A stretch of DNA of 64,000 nucleotides, taken from NCBI GenBank assembly GCA_951406725.2, contig OX597817.1:129084001-129148000 (forward strand), written 5' to 3'. The notes beneath the pieces are model-generated. The model saw nothing but the letters and a program-made list of their open reading frames with translations, did not search any database and was not told the DNA's origin. The translations under genes and the position numbers were made by a program. Origin of the DNA: Octopus vulgaris. Taxonomy: Eukaryota. Below, piece by piece: positions 13,332-28,000 of this stretch; positions within the stretch are counted from its first letter, which is position 1, and the number at the start of each line of letters is the position of its first letter.

Positions 13332-13545
13332 ATATATATATATTTTTATGTATGTACGCATGTATGCATGTGTGCATGCATGTATGTGTTAATGTATATA
13401 TATACGCTACACAATCACACATAGATGTTATCGTTGCTGTTGGTAGTGGTTCCTAAAAGGCTGTACCACCACATCCCTCATAACCACTGCCGCCGTTACT
13501 ATCTCTACAACAATCTTCACCATGAGGTCTCCATGAAATTATTAT

Positions 13546-13833
<288 letters not shown>

Positions 13834-14220
13834 TCTCAAAACTTCTCTTACATTCACAAGCAGCTATATTACAATAGCGACCGCAACAAAGTGATCCTTC
13901 CCCAACTCCAACAGCACATCACTCACTGCCCCCATCCTCTCAATGTTACTGCCACCATTTCTGCAACAATCACCAATGTCTCTCCAACACCTCAGCCACG
14001 GCCAACATACCACTCCAAAACACCACAAACAGAACCACAAGTAGTTATTGGGGTCGACGGTGTTGAACGCGGCGGGGGCTGATTGCAGATATGGTGTTTT
14101 TTGACGCAAAGCGATGGAGTAGTGATGTTTGTGTAATTTTTCAAGGATCGTGTTAACTGAGATGAAAAATAAGTGATAGCATTGCCATCTTTACGATAAA
14201 CACCATTACTTCAGTTGCAA

Positions 14221-14451
14221 GGCGGTGAGCTGGCAGAAACGTTAGCACGCCGGGCGAAATGCGTAGCCGTTTTTCGTCTGCCGTTATGTTCTGAGTTCAA
14301 ATTCCGCCGAGGTCGACTTTGCCTTTCATCCTTTCGGGTTAGATAAATTAAGTACCAGTTACGCACCGGGGTCGATGTAATCGACTTAGTCCGTTTGTCT
14401 GTCCTAGTTTGTCCCCTCTATGTTTAGCCCCTTGTGGGTAATAAAGAAATA
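14221..14451 (+). mobile_element. SINE family B (full length) with 21-bp target-site duplication
   Basis: Head ggcggtgagctggcagaaacgttagc, B-box gagttcaaattc, central gtcgactttgcctttcatcctttcggg, tail ccccttgtgggtaataaagaaata. TSD gataaacaccattacttcagt at 14195-14215 and 14452-14472. Confidence 0.92.
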
Positions 14452-14913
14452 GATAAACACCATTACTTCAGTAAATACCTCAACAACTTTCACTACTATC
14501 ACTACAGCTATCGCCACTACAACCACCACCATCACCACCCGTCTCACCTCATTATTAATGTCAATACGATCCTCGCAACTAAAGCCAGCAATGCAACCAC
14601 TACGACCAAAAATGACCTTTACAATTACCAACACAATCACAATTTCAGTATTATCTGTAGCATTATCGTTATCACAACTATCACTTCTGCAACCACCCCT
14701 GTAACATTCGCCATCAACACGATCAGTACTAGCAAAACAATCACTGTTGTGATCATTATCATCACAAAGCTCAGCATCCCGGTCGTATATTACCAATACA
14801 CTAACAAACACAATAATCATAGCCGCTGCTACCATCACCATCACATCTACAATGACAGCGAGCACCATTACCACAACAATTTTCGTTATGACTGCTTGCA
14901 TAGAGGCGATGAC

Positions 14914-14949
<36 letters not shown>

Positions 14950-14964
14950 TAATAATAATAATAG

Positions 14965-15450
14965 TTTCTATTAAAGGCACAAGGCCTGAAATGTGGGGGA
15001 GGGGACTTGACGATTACACCGACCCTAGTGTTTTTACTGATACTTAATTTATCGACCCCGAAAGGATGAAAGGCGAAGTCGACCTCGGTGGAATTTGAAC
15101 TTAGAACATAAAGGACGAAATGCTGCTAAGCATTTTGCCCGGCGTGCTAACGATTCTGCCAACCGTCGCTTTTATAATAATAATGATCTTTTCTATTCTA
15201 GACACAAGGCCTGAAACTTTTGGAGAGGGAGCCAGTCGATTAGATCGATCTCAGTACGCAACTGGTTCTTAAATTAAGCACGCCAGGCAAAATGCTTGGC
15301 ATATTTCACTCGTCTTGACGATCAGAGTTCAAATTCCGCTGAAGTCGACTTTGCCATTTATCTTTCGCGATCGACAAAATAACAGTCGAGTACTGGGGTA
15401 ATGGACTTCACCCTTCCCCGAACATGCTGGCCTTGTACCAAAATTTGAAA
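14965..15450. mobile_element. Cluster of SINE family B copies (minus 14965-15170, minus fragment 15190-15272, plus 15277-15450)
   Basis: Repeated gtcgacctcgg/aatttgaac and cacaaggcctgaaa motifs in both orientations. Confidence 0.75.
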
Positions 15451-16190
15451 CTAAAGAATTAAATATACTCTCATAACATTAGCACTCGTCTTCGGATAGC
15501 ACTTAAAACAGAAGTTATTGCTTCTTATTTAAATTTTATATTTCTAAAATATTCGCGTATTATGTTAATATTTTCATGAAATTTCAAATTTAATCATTTA
15601 AAAAAATTATCAATTGATTCATGGAGCATAAAACCTGAATGTTTTAGAAATATAAACTAATTTCAATGTGAAATAATGAAAGAATTCATTGTTTTCAATC
15701 ATTTATAGTATATGAAAATGTGCTTTAATATTGATGATCCTTCACTTGAATCGAATTTATTTTGGATATTTTGAGATTTCGGAATTATAGTTTGCGTCAT
15801 TAAAATAGAACAGCTTTGGGATGGGACACAAGCCCGAAAACACAGGTTATACATTTACGGTGAAAGTAGTTTTTTTTTCTGTTTTCTTTTTTCATTTTTT
15901 TTTCATCAATAAATCTTGTGCTAATTCAGTTTCAATTGACGTGTATCAACAGCTTCATTTTGGGAACAGCTTACTTTTACAGAGCATGTGCTGCTGTTCT
16001 AACTTAAACACATTTTGGAAGTACGTATAACTATCAGTATGTGTATACATACATATATATATATAAGCATAACAAATGCGCAACCGGTAAAAAGAACTTT
16101 CACCTAATTAAATTACTTAAATTACTTCAATTATTTGTCAGCATTTTCTTCATTTCCTTTTTTATATATCACCACTCGTGTTCGACATCT

Positions 16191-16219
<29 letters not shown>

Positions 16220-16234
<15 letters not shown>

Positions 16235-16436
16235 AATGTGACCTCGTGTGTACCGTTGGCGATTTTTTTCCTCTGTCTTCCCTTCTCTGGATCTTTCCTT
16301 CTCCTATGTTTCCAACGAAGAGTTCCACTCGAAACGTTAAACCCTCCTTCTTTCCTTCTTTCCTGAGCGTCCAATAATACTATATTTGTTCCACGTCCTC
16401 GCGTTGTTGTGTTTTTTTGTGCTTTCTTGTTTGGAT

Positions 16437-16440
<4 letters not shown>
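16220..16440 (+). mobile_element. Hammerhead-bearing PLE terminal-repeat fragment (family H2) inserted in (TA)n
   Basis: 16308-16342: gttt-CCAACGA-agagttccactc-GAAA-cgtt-aaac. Flanking sequence is homologous to the reverse complement of ~29900-30127. Confidence 0.65.
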
Positions 16441-16480
<40 letters not shown>

Positions 16481-17035
16481 GGGTATGTATGCATGTATGT
16501 ATGTATGTATGTATGTATGTATGTATGTATGTATGTATGTATGTATGTATGTATGTATGTATTCGGAAAAGAAACTTCCTATGCAGTTGGAGATTTTAAA
16601 AATATTTTTTTTACATTACTTTCTTTCGAAAAGAATGTGAGCTGGAGCTATACCATAGTTGTTGCTTTTGAATATTATTTATAAATTTATTAGTCCTACG
16701 TAATGTTCATTACATCCATTACATTTAAAAGCATATATCAAACGTTTTAGCGGGTAATTTGGCGCTGGTAAAAGGAATTTGTTTACCTTTTGTTTTTTAT
16801 CTTTTTTATGTACTTGTAATGATTTTCTTTCATTCTTGTGACTTGAATCAATCTCGGTAGGTGTTGATGGATAATGTTGTATGTCACAACATTTCTTGCA
16901 TTATGTGCTTTGATGTTGGAGTATTTGAATATTGCTGCGTACTATATTTCAAGTAGTATTTGTCTTGATTATTTGAAATCTTTAATTTCGTGTTTCAAAA
17001 TTCGAAGCGATCGAGCACATTCTTCGTGTAAGTAT

Positions 17036-17115
17036 AAAAATTCACCATCTTCATTTTCCTACATTCCATTGAGTGTACTCAATGGAATGTAGGAAAATGA
17101 AGATGGTGAATTTTT
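17036..17115. repeat. Perfect 80-bp palindrome (39-bp arms, 2-nt loop)
   Basis: aaaaattcaccatcttcattttcctacattccattgagt-gt-actcaatggaatgtaggaaaatgaagatggtgaattttt. Confidence 0.95.
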
Positions 17116-18069
17116 CATACAAATACTTTTTAACACAAGGAGTTCAAATACTTTTAAAATGTTCAAAATTTATGATGATGGCCTAACTTGTAGGAAAAAA
17201 AAGGATATCTCACACAATGACGAATCAATTGTATGAAATAAAAGCAGTTACAACCCAACAAAACTTAGAGACAAATCATTAGATGAAGTTTGTGATCTTA
17301 TTATCTAGCATGCCATTTCATATGTTTACAAAAACTTGTTCCGCTATCAAAAGGTCACGGGTTCGCTCTCAGTTTCATCTGGTGTAAGTATTTTTTATCA
17401 TAACATCCAGTCGACCCCAACCATATGAGTGAAATTTCGGTAGACTTAAACTTTTTAGAAACCTTTAGGACAGATTATACTTGTAAATCAAATGTCTAAC
17501 CATCACAAATGCAGTGTGACGCTGATAATACTTAAGCACTGCTTTAACAGCGCATACATTCATGGAATATTGTCAGTTAATTCAATGAGCTAGGCGTCCA
17601 GCTGATCCAACAACTGATTACACGTCGTCGAAATCGACCGAGATCCATTTACATATCCAAGTGGATTTTATAGTGATTATACCCGATATTTTTTTAATAA
17701 TTTCTAATCTTCCATGGACATGGTGCCGCATACAGAAGACAGGATCATTGAGTCAGTGGGACTGAAAAATGTACAAAACATTCCAATACTTCAACCTGTA
17801 ACCTAAAAGCATTGTTGGACGCCAAGAAAGGGACTTGTCACTCAATAAATGACTGACTCTTATCTTGTCACGCCAAATATAAACAAACATCAAAAGGAAT
17901 CGTCACATGCATTGACAAAGTTGAAATGTTATAGTCACGTATTATTACATTAAATGTTTCTCCTTGAATTGTTATTGTAGTTCAACTACATTTTTGCTTT
18001 GAAAGTGTTTTTCTTATACGGGAAAGTTATTCGTACATACATACATACATACATACATACATACATACA

Positions 18070-18103
<34 letters not shown>

Positions 18104-18369
18104 CATACATACATATATACGTACATACAAACATACATACATACAATTTATGGGTACATACATGCATACATAATCAAGCAAATACACGCATAGAGATACA
18201 TACGTATACATGCGTATATATGTTTGTATACAAGTAAAAATTATAAAAGCGTATATAGATTCATACATACAGTTACAAAAACAAGAGTATTATACTTATT
18301 GTGAAAACACAAACACGAACATATACAAAATAATTATCTAAAAACGTACAGAATGAATGCAACACAATT

Positions 18370-18585
18370 TCGAGTAATGCCATCATTTGATTTTTCTCTT
18401 GAATATGAGCAACACGGATGTGGCTTTTCACTCCTGCAAGGGACTCACATATTTTGGTAAAGTTGCGACAACGGTGGTTGTCTCTCTTGCTGTCGGTGCT
18501 ACAGAATTGTTTTGGTAAATTCCCACAGGATGTTTCAATATATCTCACTTTGTTTTCCACACTGACAGCAAATAGAGATGCTGTA
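18370..18585 (-). pseudogene. RTE-like LINE 3'-end fragment (degenerate C2H2 finger)
   Basis: ORF 18273-18602 contains HRCRNFTKICESLAGVKSHIRVAH, resembling the C-terminal CxxCxKxCxxxxGLKxH finger of the RTE at 57.6-57.8 kb. Confidence 0.5.
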
Positions 18586-18604
18586 TAAAATATAGTTAAC
18601 AACT

Positions 18605-18728
18605 ATAGAAAGCTTCGAATGACCCGTCTTTGTGTGTTTTTTTTGTATCGTCTATCTGGATGTTTTGTTGTTCCTTTTTGTATCACCTAGTTGTCCGGAT
18701 GTTTTGCGTTCTTGTCCCATTTTGTATT
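18605..18728. repeat. Family P1 arm
   Basis: tagaaagcttcgaatgacccgtc...ttgtcccattttgtatt, nearly identical to 4351-4468. Confidence 0.85.
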
Positions 18729-18857
18729 TTATATATATAAACGCACACACGCATACACTGTGTATATTTATATATATGTATATATACATACATCCATATA
18801 TATATACATATATATAGAGAGAGAGGCAAACAGATAGAAAAATAGACAGATAGAAAA

Positions 18858-18967
<110 letters not shown>

Positions 18968-19487
18968 TGGTTTGTTAATTGATTCCATCACCCCAGGAAT
19001 TCCTCCCAGGAGCACCAAGTTTTTACCTCATTACTACCGAAGACACACCTTCCAACTTTGTCATCGCCACCAATACAACCACTACCTTTATTGTCGCTAA
19101 GACCTCTATGAGATTCCACGACTTCCTAGAACTAACCACCAATACACTTTCAAATCACACTCTATGTTAGAAAAGTGGGTGGACACATTACACAATGTAG
19201 TATGTAGCCCGAGTTGTACAAAAAGACGATACTGTCGTATCTGGAATACATTTGATCATGTGTCTTATACGATCACCACGAACATGGAGCTAAGAAATAG
19301 TCGCAACAGACCTTCATAACACTGCTGCCGTCATCATAGAGCATTAACTTCCATAGGTCTCACGTCCCACATCATCCAATCAAATCACAAGTTTGCAGCT
19401 CAGCATTTTGTATGCTTTTACATTGTATGTAATTTGCTGTTGGTTGCCCACCTCTGGCAAGCTACTGACTCACACCAATATTTATGT

Positions 19488-19547
<60 letters not shown>

Positions 19548-19650
19548 TCCTTCCTTCTTTCTTTCCTTCTTTCTTTCTCTCTTTCGTTCTTCCTGTGATC
19601 TTACACACCTACATAGAAAATCCTACATTAGCACACCCATATATACATAC

Positions 19651-19728
<78 letters not shown>

Positions 19729-20589
19729 AGAAAGAGAGGGGGGAAGAGGAGGGAGACGGGGAGAAGGAGGGAGTGAAAATGATGAATAGATAGATATATA
19801 TGTTTACACGCGTGCGTGCGCGCACACATAATTGCAAGATTCGCTAGTTTATCGTGAGCTTAAATTCGTCATTACTTTTTTGTTCCTTGTTTTTCTCTTG
19901 TTTTTATTGAAGCCGATGTTGTTTCATAACCATGTATGTTTCTTTGTGCGGTATTTTTACGTTTCTAGAATAACAAATAATGTCATGCTAACATGTTCCT
20001 ATCTCTACTATACTAGCATACGCCAAAGATATGTCATCAGAATTCTACTGAGATAATGAATTCTTCTATCCAAGTGCAAGAGTCCTCTTCGCTGGTTTTC
20101 TTGTTACTGTAGTTGTTGTTGTCATCATCTATGACAAAAATATATCACTTTCAACACTCAGGTGGCTTACTTATTACGATGTGAATTTCTGGGTACAATA
20201 AACAAACTAGGTATTTTCCTTCGCATCTATTTTTCTTCGTATCTCTTCTGTACTTTAAGAGTGGTTGGGATTAGGTTAGGAGTTATATTGTTAGACTAAA
20301 TGTTACCGTTTGGTATATCTATACAGAACACTTAACGCTCTACAACTCATCTCCACAGAGATATCGGGGAAAGGACACAATTATCAATCTCTGTTTAAGA
20401 CGTTTTTGCAGCTGAATTCGGTCTTACTGAGCGACTATTTTATGACATGCCTTAGAATCAATCCAGAGTTTGGGTATGAAATTAATTGTGCAGAGGGAAA
20501 CTTTTCATCATATAAGCACTTTTATCTCACATCAATATTAATGCAATAACTTGCATATATGAATCTGAAAATTAATGAAATTCTGTAAA

Positions 20590-21420
20590 TTACCCCTAAA
20601 ATCAATTTGTTCCAGACTAAAATTAACTCTAAGACTAAAATTAACTCTAATTTTATTCCTAAATCGAACCATATGTCTAAATACAAAGTTAACTCTTACT
20701 ATAACCATAACCATAATTTTAATACTAAACCTATTCTAACTCAAGCCTAATATTTCAGCAACCCTTAAACTAAGCCTAAACTAACTTTTCCTTTACCATG
20801 AACCATGAAACAATTGTATGTTTATAACTACCAATGAACATAAAACAAATCTAATAAATTGAAGCCTGAATCAGTAAACCTAATACGAATACTGAACATA
20901 GCCGTAAGTCTAACTGCAATCCTGATCCTATAGTTAACTCTACCTCAAAACCTTAACCTTAACCCTCGCTCTCCTCTGTAACTTCCACAAACACACCTTG
21001 ATTGTAGCCCTAATCCAAATACTAATACTATCCATAATACGATTCTAATCCTAAAAATTAACCATAACCTTAACCCTATACCGAAACGAAAATATAAATT
21101 TAAACCGAACAGTAACTATAACATTAACACTAGCTACTCTCTGGGTAACCCCTAACACTAAACCACACTCTGTCTCTATCGAAACCCCTAACCTTAAACT
21201 ACACTCCGTCTCTATCCTTAACGCATAAGGAATCATAATGCTGAACATATGTCTAAGCTTATCCTTAAACGCAAGCATATCATTAACCAAAATGATTTTA
21301 ACAAGAAAGCTTACCAAACCCTAAGTCTGAAATTAAAAGTCTCCACAAGCCTGGACCTAAAACTAAACTCAGTTTGAACCTAGTGCTAAACCTAAACTAA
21401 CTTTAACACTAAGCGCATAT
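20590..21420. repeat. Highly degenerate (TAACCC)n-like hexamer region
   Basis: Recurrent aaccct/aacctt/aaacta/aactct hexamers, e.g. aaccttaaccttaaccct at ~20950 and accataaccttaacccta at ~21061. Confidence 0.5.
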
Positions 21421-21821
21421 CCAACAACTTTCACTCAACTCACTTAAGAGCGAAGTGAGGATAGAATTTATTGGAATTTAGATATAACAATAATGAGTAA
21501 GAAAGAGAAAGATACGAAGGGAATGACTGAGATAAAGCGAAAGAGAAACAGAGGAAGAGAGACAGGAAACGATGCAGGGTAATGCAGGGTAATAAAAATA
21601 GAGAGGCAGGCAGAGAAGAAGAGAAAGGGGAAGAGAGAGAGAGGGGGGGCAAAAAAAAGAGATAGGGAGAAGATACAAATAAAAGATGGAAAGATAGAGC
21701 GTTGAGACTGGGAAGTTTGGCAAAATGAAAGGGATTCTTCAAAATAGCGAAAATAAAAAATAACATGAAATAATAGACAATTATACATATACACAGATAC
21801 ACATTTGTTTCTGTATATGTG

Positions 21822-21880
<59 letters not shown>

Positions 21881-22373
21881 CACAGAGTAAGGACGAAAGA
21901 GTAACGAATGACAAAGAAGGAAAAAGAAAGAAAGATGAGAGAGAGAGGGGGGTGAGAGAAAGAATGATAGTGAGGTGAAAATACAATAGCTTTATATAGC
22001 AAGAATAATGAGCTATTGGTTAACCTGAACGAAGGAAGGGTAGAGGTGTGTGACAAGGCGACTGAAAAGAGAGTATGACACGGGCAAAAAGAGTAGAGTT
22101 ATGAAAAGAAAAGAGGGAGAAAGCGGGTAGATTCAAGGGCAATATAATGCGAGGTGAACAGAATCTAGCCACCTGGACGGATGGGCAGTTGAGAGATTCA
22201 ATTGAAATTTCGCGCCTTTTATTATCGTTTTCTTTTTAATTATTTTATAGTGTTATTTTCTTATAAATTTGTTTATTTTGGGGGCAATAGCCTTGTCTTT
22301 CCTTTAGAAAATTGCTTGAGTTAAGAACCATCTAGTATTCCCTCCCTGCTCCTTCCCTTTTACACATACATAC

Positions 22374-22439
<66 letters not shown>

Positions 22440-22863
22440 CTGTGTGCCTGTGTATAAATGTGTATATATATGCGTTTAAGCATTTGTGTATGCACATGTA
22501 AACACACGCATCTATCTATGTATCTATGTATCAATCTATCTATATATCTACATATTTGTGTTTGTTAGAGTTCACACACACACACATATATATATACACA
22601 CACACACATTCTAAATAGTAGTGTTTATTTTTCGATCAAAGTTATTACTTGATGTATATGTGTACGTGTGTGCATTTAAATATGTGAGTATGGAAGTCTG
22701 CATATAAGTACGCTCAGTATATATGTTTGTGTGTGTATGCGCATATGTGTGTGTATGTTCATATATATATTCAGAGAAAGAGAAAGATAGATAGATATGT
22801 TTATATTGAGAGACACGGGCTCGCAATCTTGAACTCAAACATTTACATATAAGCATACACACG

Positions 22864-22920
<57 letters not shown>

Positions 22921-22962
22921 TGTATGTATATATGTATGTATGTATATATATATATGTATGTA

Positions 22963-23038
<76 letters not shown>

Positions 23039-23295
23039 CCGACTATACAATTTATCATCGACAATAAAACTTTATTGCTGTCAATGATATCAATTACTTA
23101 TAATCTTTTTTTCTTTCCTAATCCTTCTTTAATATTTCGTGCATTCTTTTCCCTCATTTTCATCGGATTCTACATATATACATCCATCTAATTGCATGCA
23201 TGTGTACTTAAATAGCTATATAAATGTATATTTTCATATATACGTACAGGCATTAACTATAAGTACACATGCAGAAATCCCATATATTCATACGA

Positions 23296-23343
<48 letters not shown>

Positions 23344-23525
23344 GGAGAGAGAGATGGAAAGAAAAGGAGAGAGAGAGGAGAGGGAGAGAATGGCTAGATA
23401 GCTATATAGTACATACATACATATAAACATACCTGCATGTACACATGCATGTATCCACACACACATACACACTCTCACGTATATAATATATATAGATATA
23501 GATATACATATACATATATAAATAT

Positions 23526-23755
23526 ATTTCTTTACTACCCACAAAAGGCTAAACATAGAGGGGACAAACAAGGACAGACAAAGGGATTGAGTCGATTACA
23601 TCGACCCCAGTGCGAAACTGGTACTTAGTTTATCGACCCCGAAAGGATGAAAGGCAAAGTCGACCTCGGCGGAATTTGAACTCGGATCGTAACGACACAC
23701 GAAATACGGCTACGCATTTCACCCGGCACGCTAACGTTTCTGCCAGCTCGCCACC
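23526..23755 (-). mobile_element. SINE family B (full length)
   Basis: Reverse complement of 14221-14451. Confidence 0.9.
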
Positions 23756-23904
23756 TGGTTCATGCACACAAGCATTCATGCTCGCATACACTCACATATA
23801 CATTCGTACATAAGTACGTATGTATATGCTTATATATGTATATAGGTATATATGTATAAGTGAATATTGATACATATATATTATATTATATTATATATAT
23901 ATTT

Positions 23905-23951
<47 letters not shown>

Positions 23952-24142
23952 CACAATCTTAAAAGCCGCCCGATAGAGTGGCTTTTAAGCTAGCTCCTGT
24001 GGAGGGCTCTTCATTGGGCCTTGGGCCCAATTATGACACTTCATGCATTGAGTAGATATAAAATTTTATTAAACTTGCACAATATTTTTCAACCAATGAA
24101 CAATTTTCTGCAAAACAATGATATAATTAGTCGACTTGGAAC

Positions 24143-24559
24143 TTACTCTTTTACTCTTTTTACTCTTTTACTTGTTTCAGTCATTTGACTGCGGCCATGC
24201 TGGAGCACCGCCTTTAGTCGAGCAAATCGACCCCGGGACTTATTCTTTGTAAACCCAGTACTTATTCTATCGGTCTCTTTTGCCGAACCGCTAAGTGACA
24301 GGGATGTAAACACACCAGCATCAGTTGTCAAGCAATGCTAGGGGGACAAACACAGACACACAAACACATACACACACATATATATATATATATACATATA
24401 TACGACAGGCTTCTTTCAGTTTCTGTCTACCAAATCCACTCACAAGGCATTGGTCGGCCCGGGGCTATAGTAGAAGACACTTGCCCAAGATGCCACGCAG
24501 TGGGACTGAACCCGGAACCATGTGGTTGGTTAGCAAGCTACTTACCACACAGCCACTCC
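24143..24559 (-). mobile_element. SINE family A (full length)
   Basis: Reverse complement of 2540-2964. Confidence 0.9.
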
Positions 24560-24869
24560 TTGCAAAGCTGCATGATAAACAAACATTTTTTGTCTTCCCG
24601 TTCAGTGTCGGTACGTTTAAGTTGTTTCCATCCCTTACAAAATTCTTTATGTGAGTTTGTGCTTTGAAGCATATTCTGTTGTGTCTGGATAGAGTCATTT
24701 TCTTTTCGTGCCTTATAATTTAACACACCCACCGGTAAAATGTCCACTTACTCCTTATTTTTATTTCCCTAAAGTTTTCGTTGCGTCTTGTAACCTTTTT
24801 AATAGTCTTGACTCTGTCAGTTATTTGCACTGCGTTCCTTTTTGTCTGTTTGTGCGCATGTGTGTGGGT

Positions 24870-24913
<44 letters not shown>

Positions 24914-25074
24914 CTAAGCATGCATGCATGCATGTATGCTTGAATGTATTTATGTATGTATGTGTATGTATATATGTGTGTATGTATATGTATATATGTA
25001 TGTATGTGTGTGCATCTGTATGTATTCTGCATATTCATGTGCTTGCATGTCCGTGTTTGTGTTTTTTTATATAA

Positions 25075-28000
25075 AAAACACCACTACTCCATACGAGACA
25101 GATTCATGACAAACATCCAACAAGAATACCGCCGAGTTAACCATGCCTGTAACAATCACTTCAACAATAAACTCAAGTGGATGAAACAGCAACAACAACG
25201 ATCCCAGCATGGTAAGAATCAATATGAATACCTAAACAATATCGACGGGATTGTCATGTCAGAATGTAAACTACCAGAGGATTTCGACGCCAAGGCACTG
25301 GAAAACAATACCACCATCAACAAGAACAACAATATCAACAAATACATCTCTGGAATATATGGTGCAGTACAGCTAGATACAGATGAAATGCATGCTTTAA
25401 AGTTACCACAAAAATTCGCTAAATATAAAAAGGTCAGAAAAACTGATTGTCTGTCTGAAATTGAAAAAACGTTCTTGAAATTAAGATGGAGGTTAGGACA
25501 ATACAAGAACAACAACAACACAAACATACGAAATCAAAACAACAGCAGTAGCGGTGTTGATGACAACAACAATAGTGGCAATAACAACAACAACAACAAC
25601 AATGACAACCACAGCATTCCTCACTCAGACAACTATCACAACAACGACAACACAAGCATACGAATCACAAACAACTATTATATCAACAACAGAAACGATG
25701 ACGATAGCAACAAAAACAACAACAACTATAACTCGCACATAGATAACGATAACAACCACATCATCCATACCACTACCAACAACACCACCCACATCAACAC
25801 CACCCACAACAATAACAATAGGCACAAGACAAGCACTACCACCACCACCAACAACAACAACAATACCAGCAACTATAACAACAACCACAACGATAATATC
25901 ACTCTACACTCTGTCATCTATAACCCTAATAACAAATCTTATGACATGACGAGGATATAGCCCACAGACTTACCCTTTAACAAAAGGGTATGTATCCCAC
26001 CCCAAATTGACAGTGAAGCAGAAGCAAAGATCTCCTTAGCTATAAATTGACTCAGACATATTCTAGACCGATACAACAAATCCACTAAAAAACATAGTGA
26101 GGAGGGGACCCACCAACTCAGCTCATCTGATCTACAAGAACTAAAACAGCGGATTAGGAACAGTGAATTAGTGTGCCTCCCTATGGACAAGTCTGGCAGA
26201 CTGTCAATAGATAGTCCACAGAACTATGTCCAGACCATGCAACAACACATCAGTAGCATGAGAGAAGTTGCACCACCGGAACATGACAGGATGGAAAAAC
26301 TCCTCAATGTACACATGGGAATGTGGTGCAACATACTCCAAACTATAAAAAGGACGGCATAGAATTTCCAAGCATCCAACAATGATGTTCCTATACTATA
26401 TGGGTTACGCAAAAACCACAAACCCTACATAAACCCTGTCGTGGGGCCCCCAACCAGACCAGTTTGTGGAGCGAACATCTCAAGCAACTATAGACTGTCC
26501 TACTTCCTCTCACAGGTATTACGACCTCTCATAGAAATGTCTTCGGATGTCTGTGTGAGTACGGAAGATATCCTCAGTAAAATCAGTACTTGCAACCACA
26601 CCAAGGACCTCAGAGGTTGTGTAGTACGGATGTGATTTCACTCTACCCATCTATAGACATAGATTTTGCTGTGGAGAAATGCATCCAGGAAATCTGTGAG
26701 AGTGAGGCGGAATTCCGTAAGGTTAACACGAGGGAACTGGGCCTCCTCCTCAGACTATGCAATGACACTAACTACTTAGATGACCATGACCTCAGTAGAT
26801 TCTGCCCCACCAGGTCACAGAGGGGAAGACCACCCGCCATCACTTCAGCAGTGAAGAAAAGCACCACAGAGTGCTGACCCACCCAAAACCTTGAGAACAA
26901 CAATCAAGTGAAAGAAATGATTGCACATACAATAGGGGCCAGTGTAAAAACCACCTTGAAGAACCACATAGCAAAGTTTAACAAAAAACTATACATGCAG
27001 ATTCAAGGTGTAGCCATCGGTGTCGGTGTAGCTGGAGATGTGGCCGGCCTCTTCATGACCTGGTGGGACAGAAAACTTAAATAAATGTTAGCAGAACAGT
27101 CCACAACTCTTCTACTCTACAGTAGATATGTAGATGACATTAATATCATAGTTAGGACCAACTCTAGTGACAGTAGTGTAGAAACTTGGAATGTAATGGA
27201 GAGCATCCAGCAAATAGCTAACTCCATTCACCAAAGTATCAAGGTAACTATAGATTACCCCACTAAGCACCCCAACAATAGACTCCCTGTACTTGATACT
27301 GAACTTTGGTTAGAGACGGTGAACAATAGAATGCAGCTCCTCCACTCCTATTACATGAAACCCATAACTTCAAAATATGTTCTTCACAAGAACTCAGCTT
27401 TGTCACACAACTTGAAAATTAACACACTGATAGCAAAATTAGAATAATGAGCAAAGTGTCGCTACTATGCGAACCCTATGAAACGAAAAAAAAACATATA
27501 CAGAACTTCTTGCACCGCATGCAGTTCTCTGGATATGATCAGAAAGATAGGGTTCGAGTATACAGGTGGGGGTGGGCTAGAAAGAAATTAAACAACATTA
27601 TACGTAATGATACCAGTGCTACCTGTCCTAGATATAGAAACAAAGAATGGAATAGGATACAAAGAAATTGTGACAAAACAAACAGGGCGAACACGTGGTA
27701 TAAAACCGATAAATATCAAGGAGTGATGTTTGTAGAGGCCACAACCCATGGAGAACTAGCCCGTAGATTTAGAAAAGGTCTGAAGGAGACCAAACTCAAC
27801 ATTAAGATTCTTGAAAAGCCAGGGAACTCCGTCAGACCACAACTACGTAGGACGTACCACTTTGAGAATACCATATGCAGCAATGATAACTGCATGATAT
27901 GTAGGATTAACTGTAGAACTCGAAATGTAGTTTACAGCATAAGATGCATAGAAGGTGCTTGTAAAGACATGAACATAACGTACATAGGTGAGACATCTAG

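Noticed and set aside
14404-14916. 160-165 aa ORFs on both strands
   Set aside because: Degenerate (CAY/ACY) trinucleotide low-complexity DNA starting within a SINE; no domain signal.
25958-26877. Selenocysteine recoding in the Naiad-like PLE (in-frame TGA at 26048 and 26875)
   Set aside because: TAG/TAA stops and frameshifts also occur, the TGAs are not at recognisable conserved Cys positions, and no SECIS could be identified. Ordinary decay is the simpler explanation.
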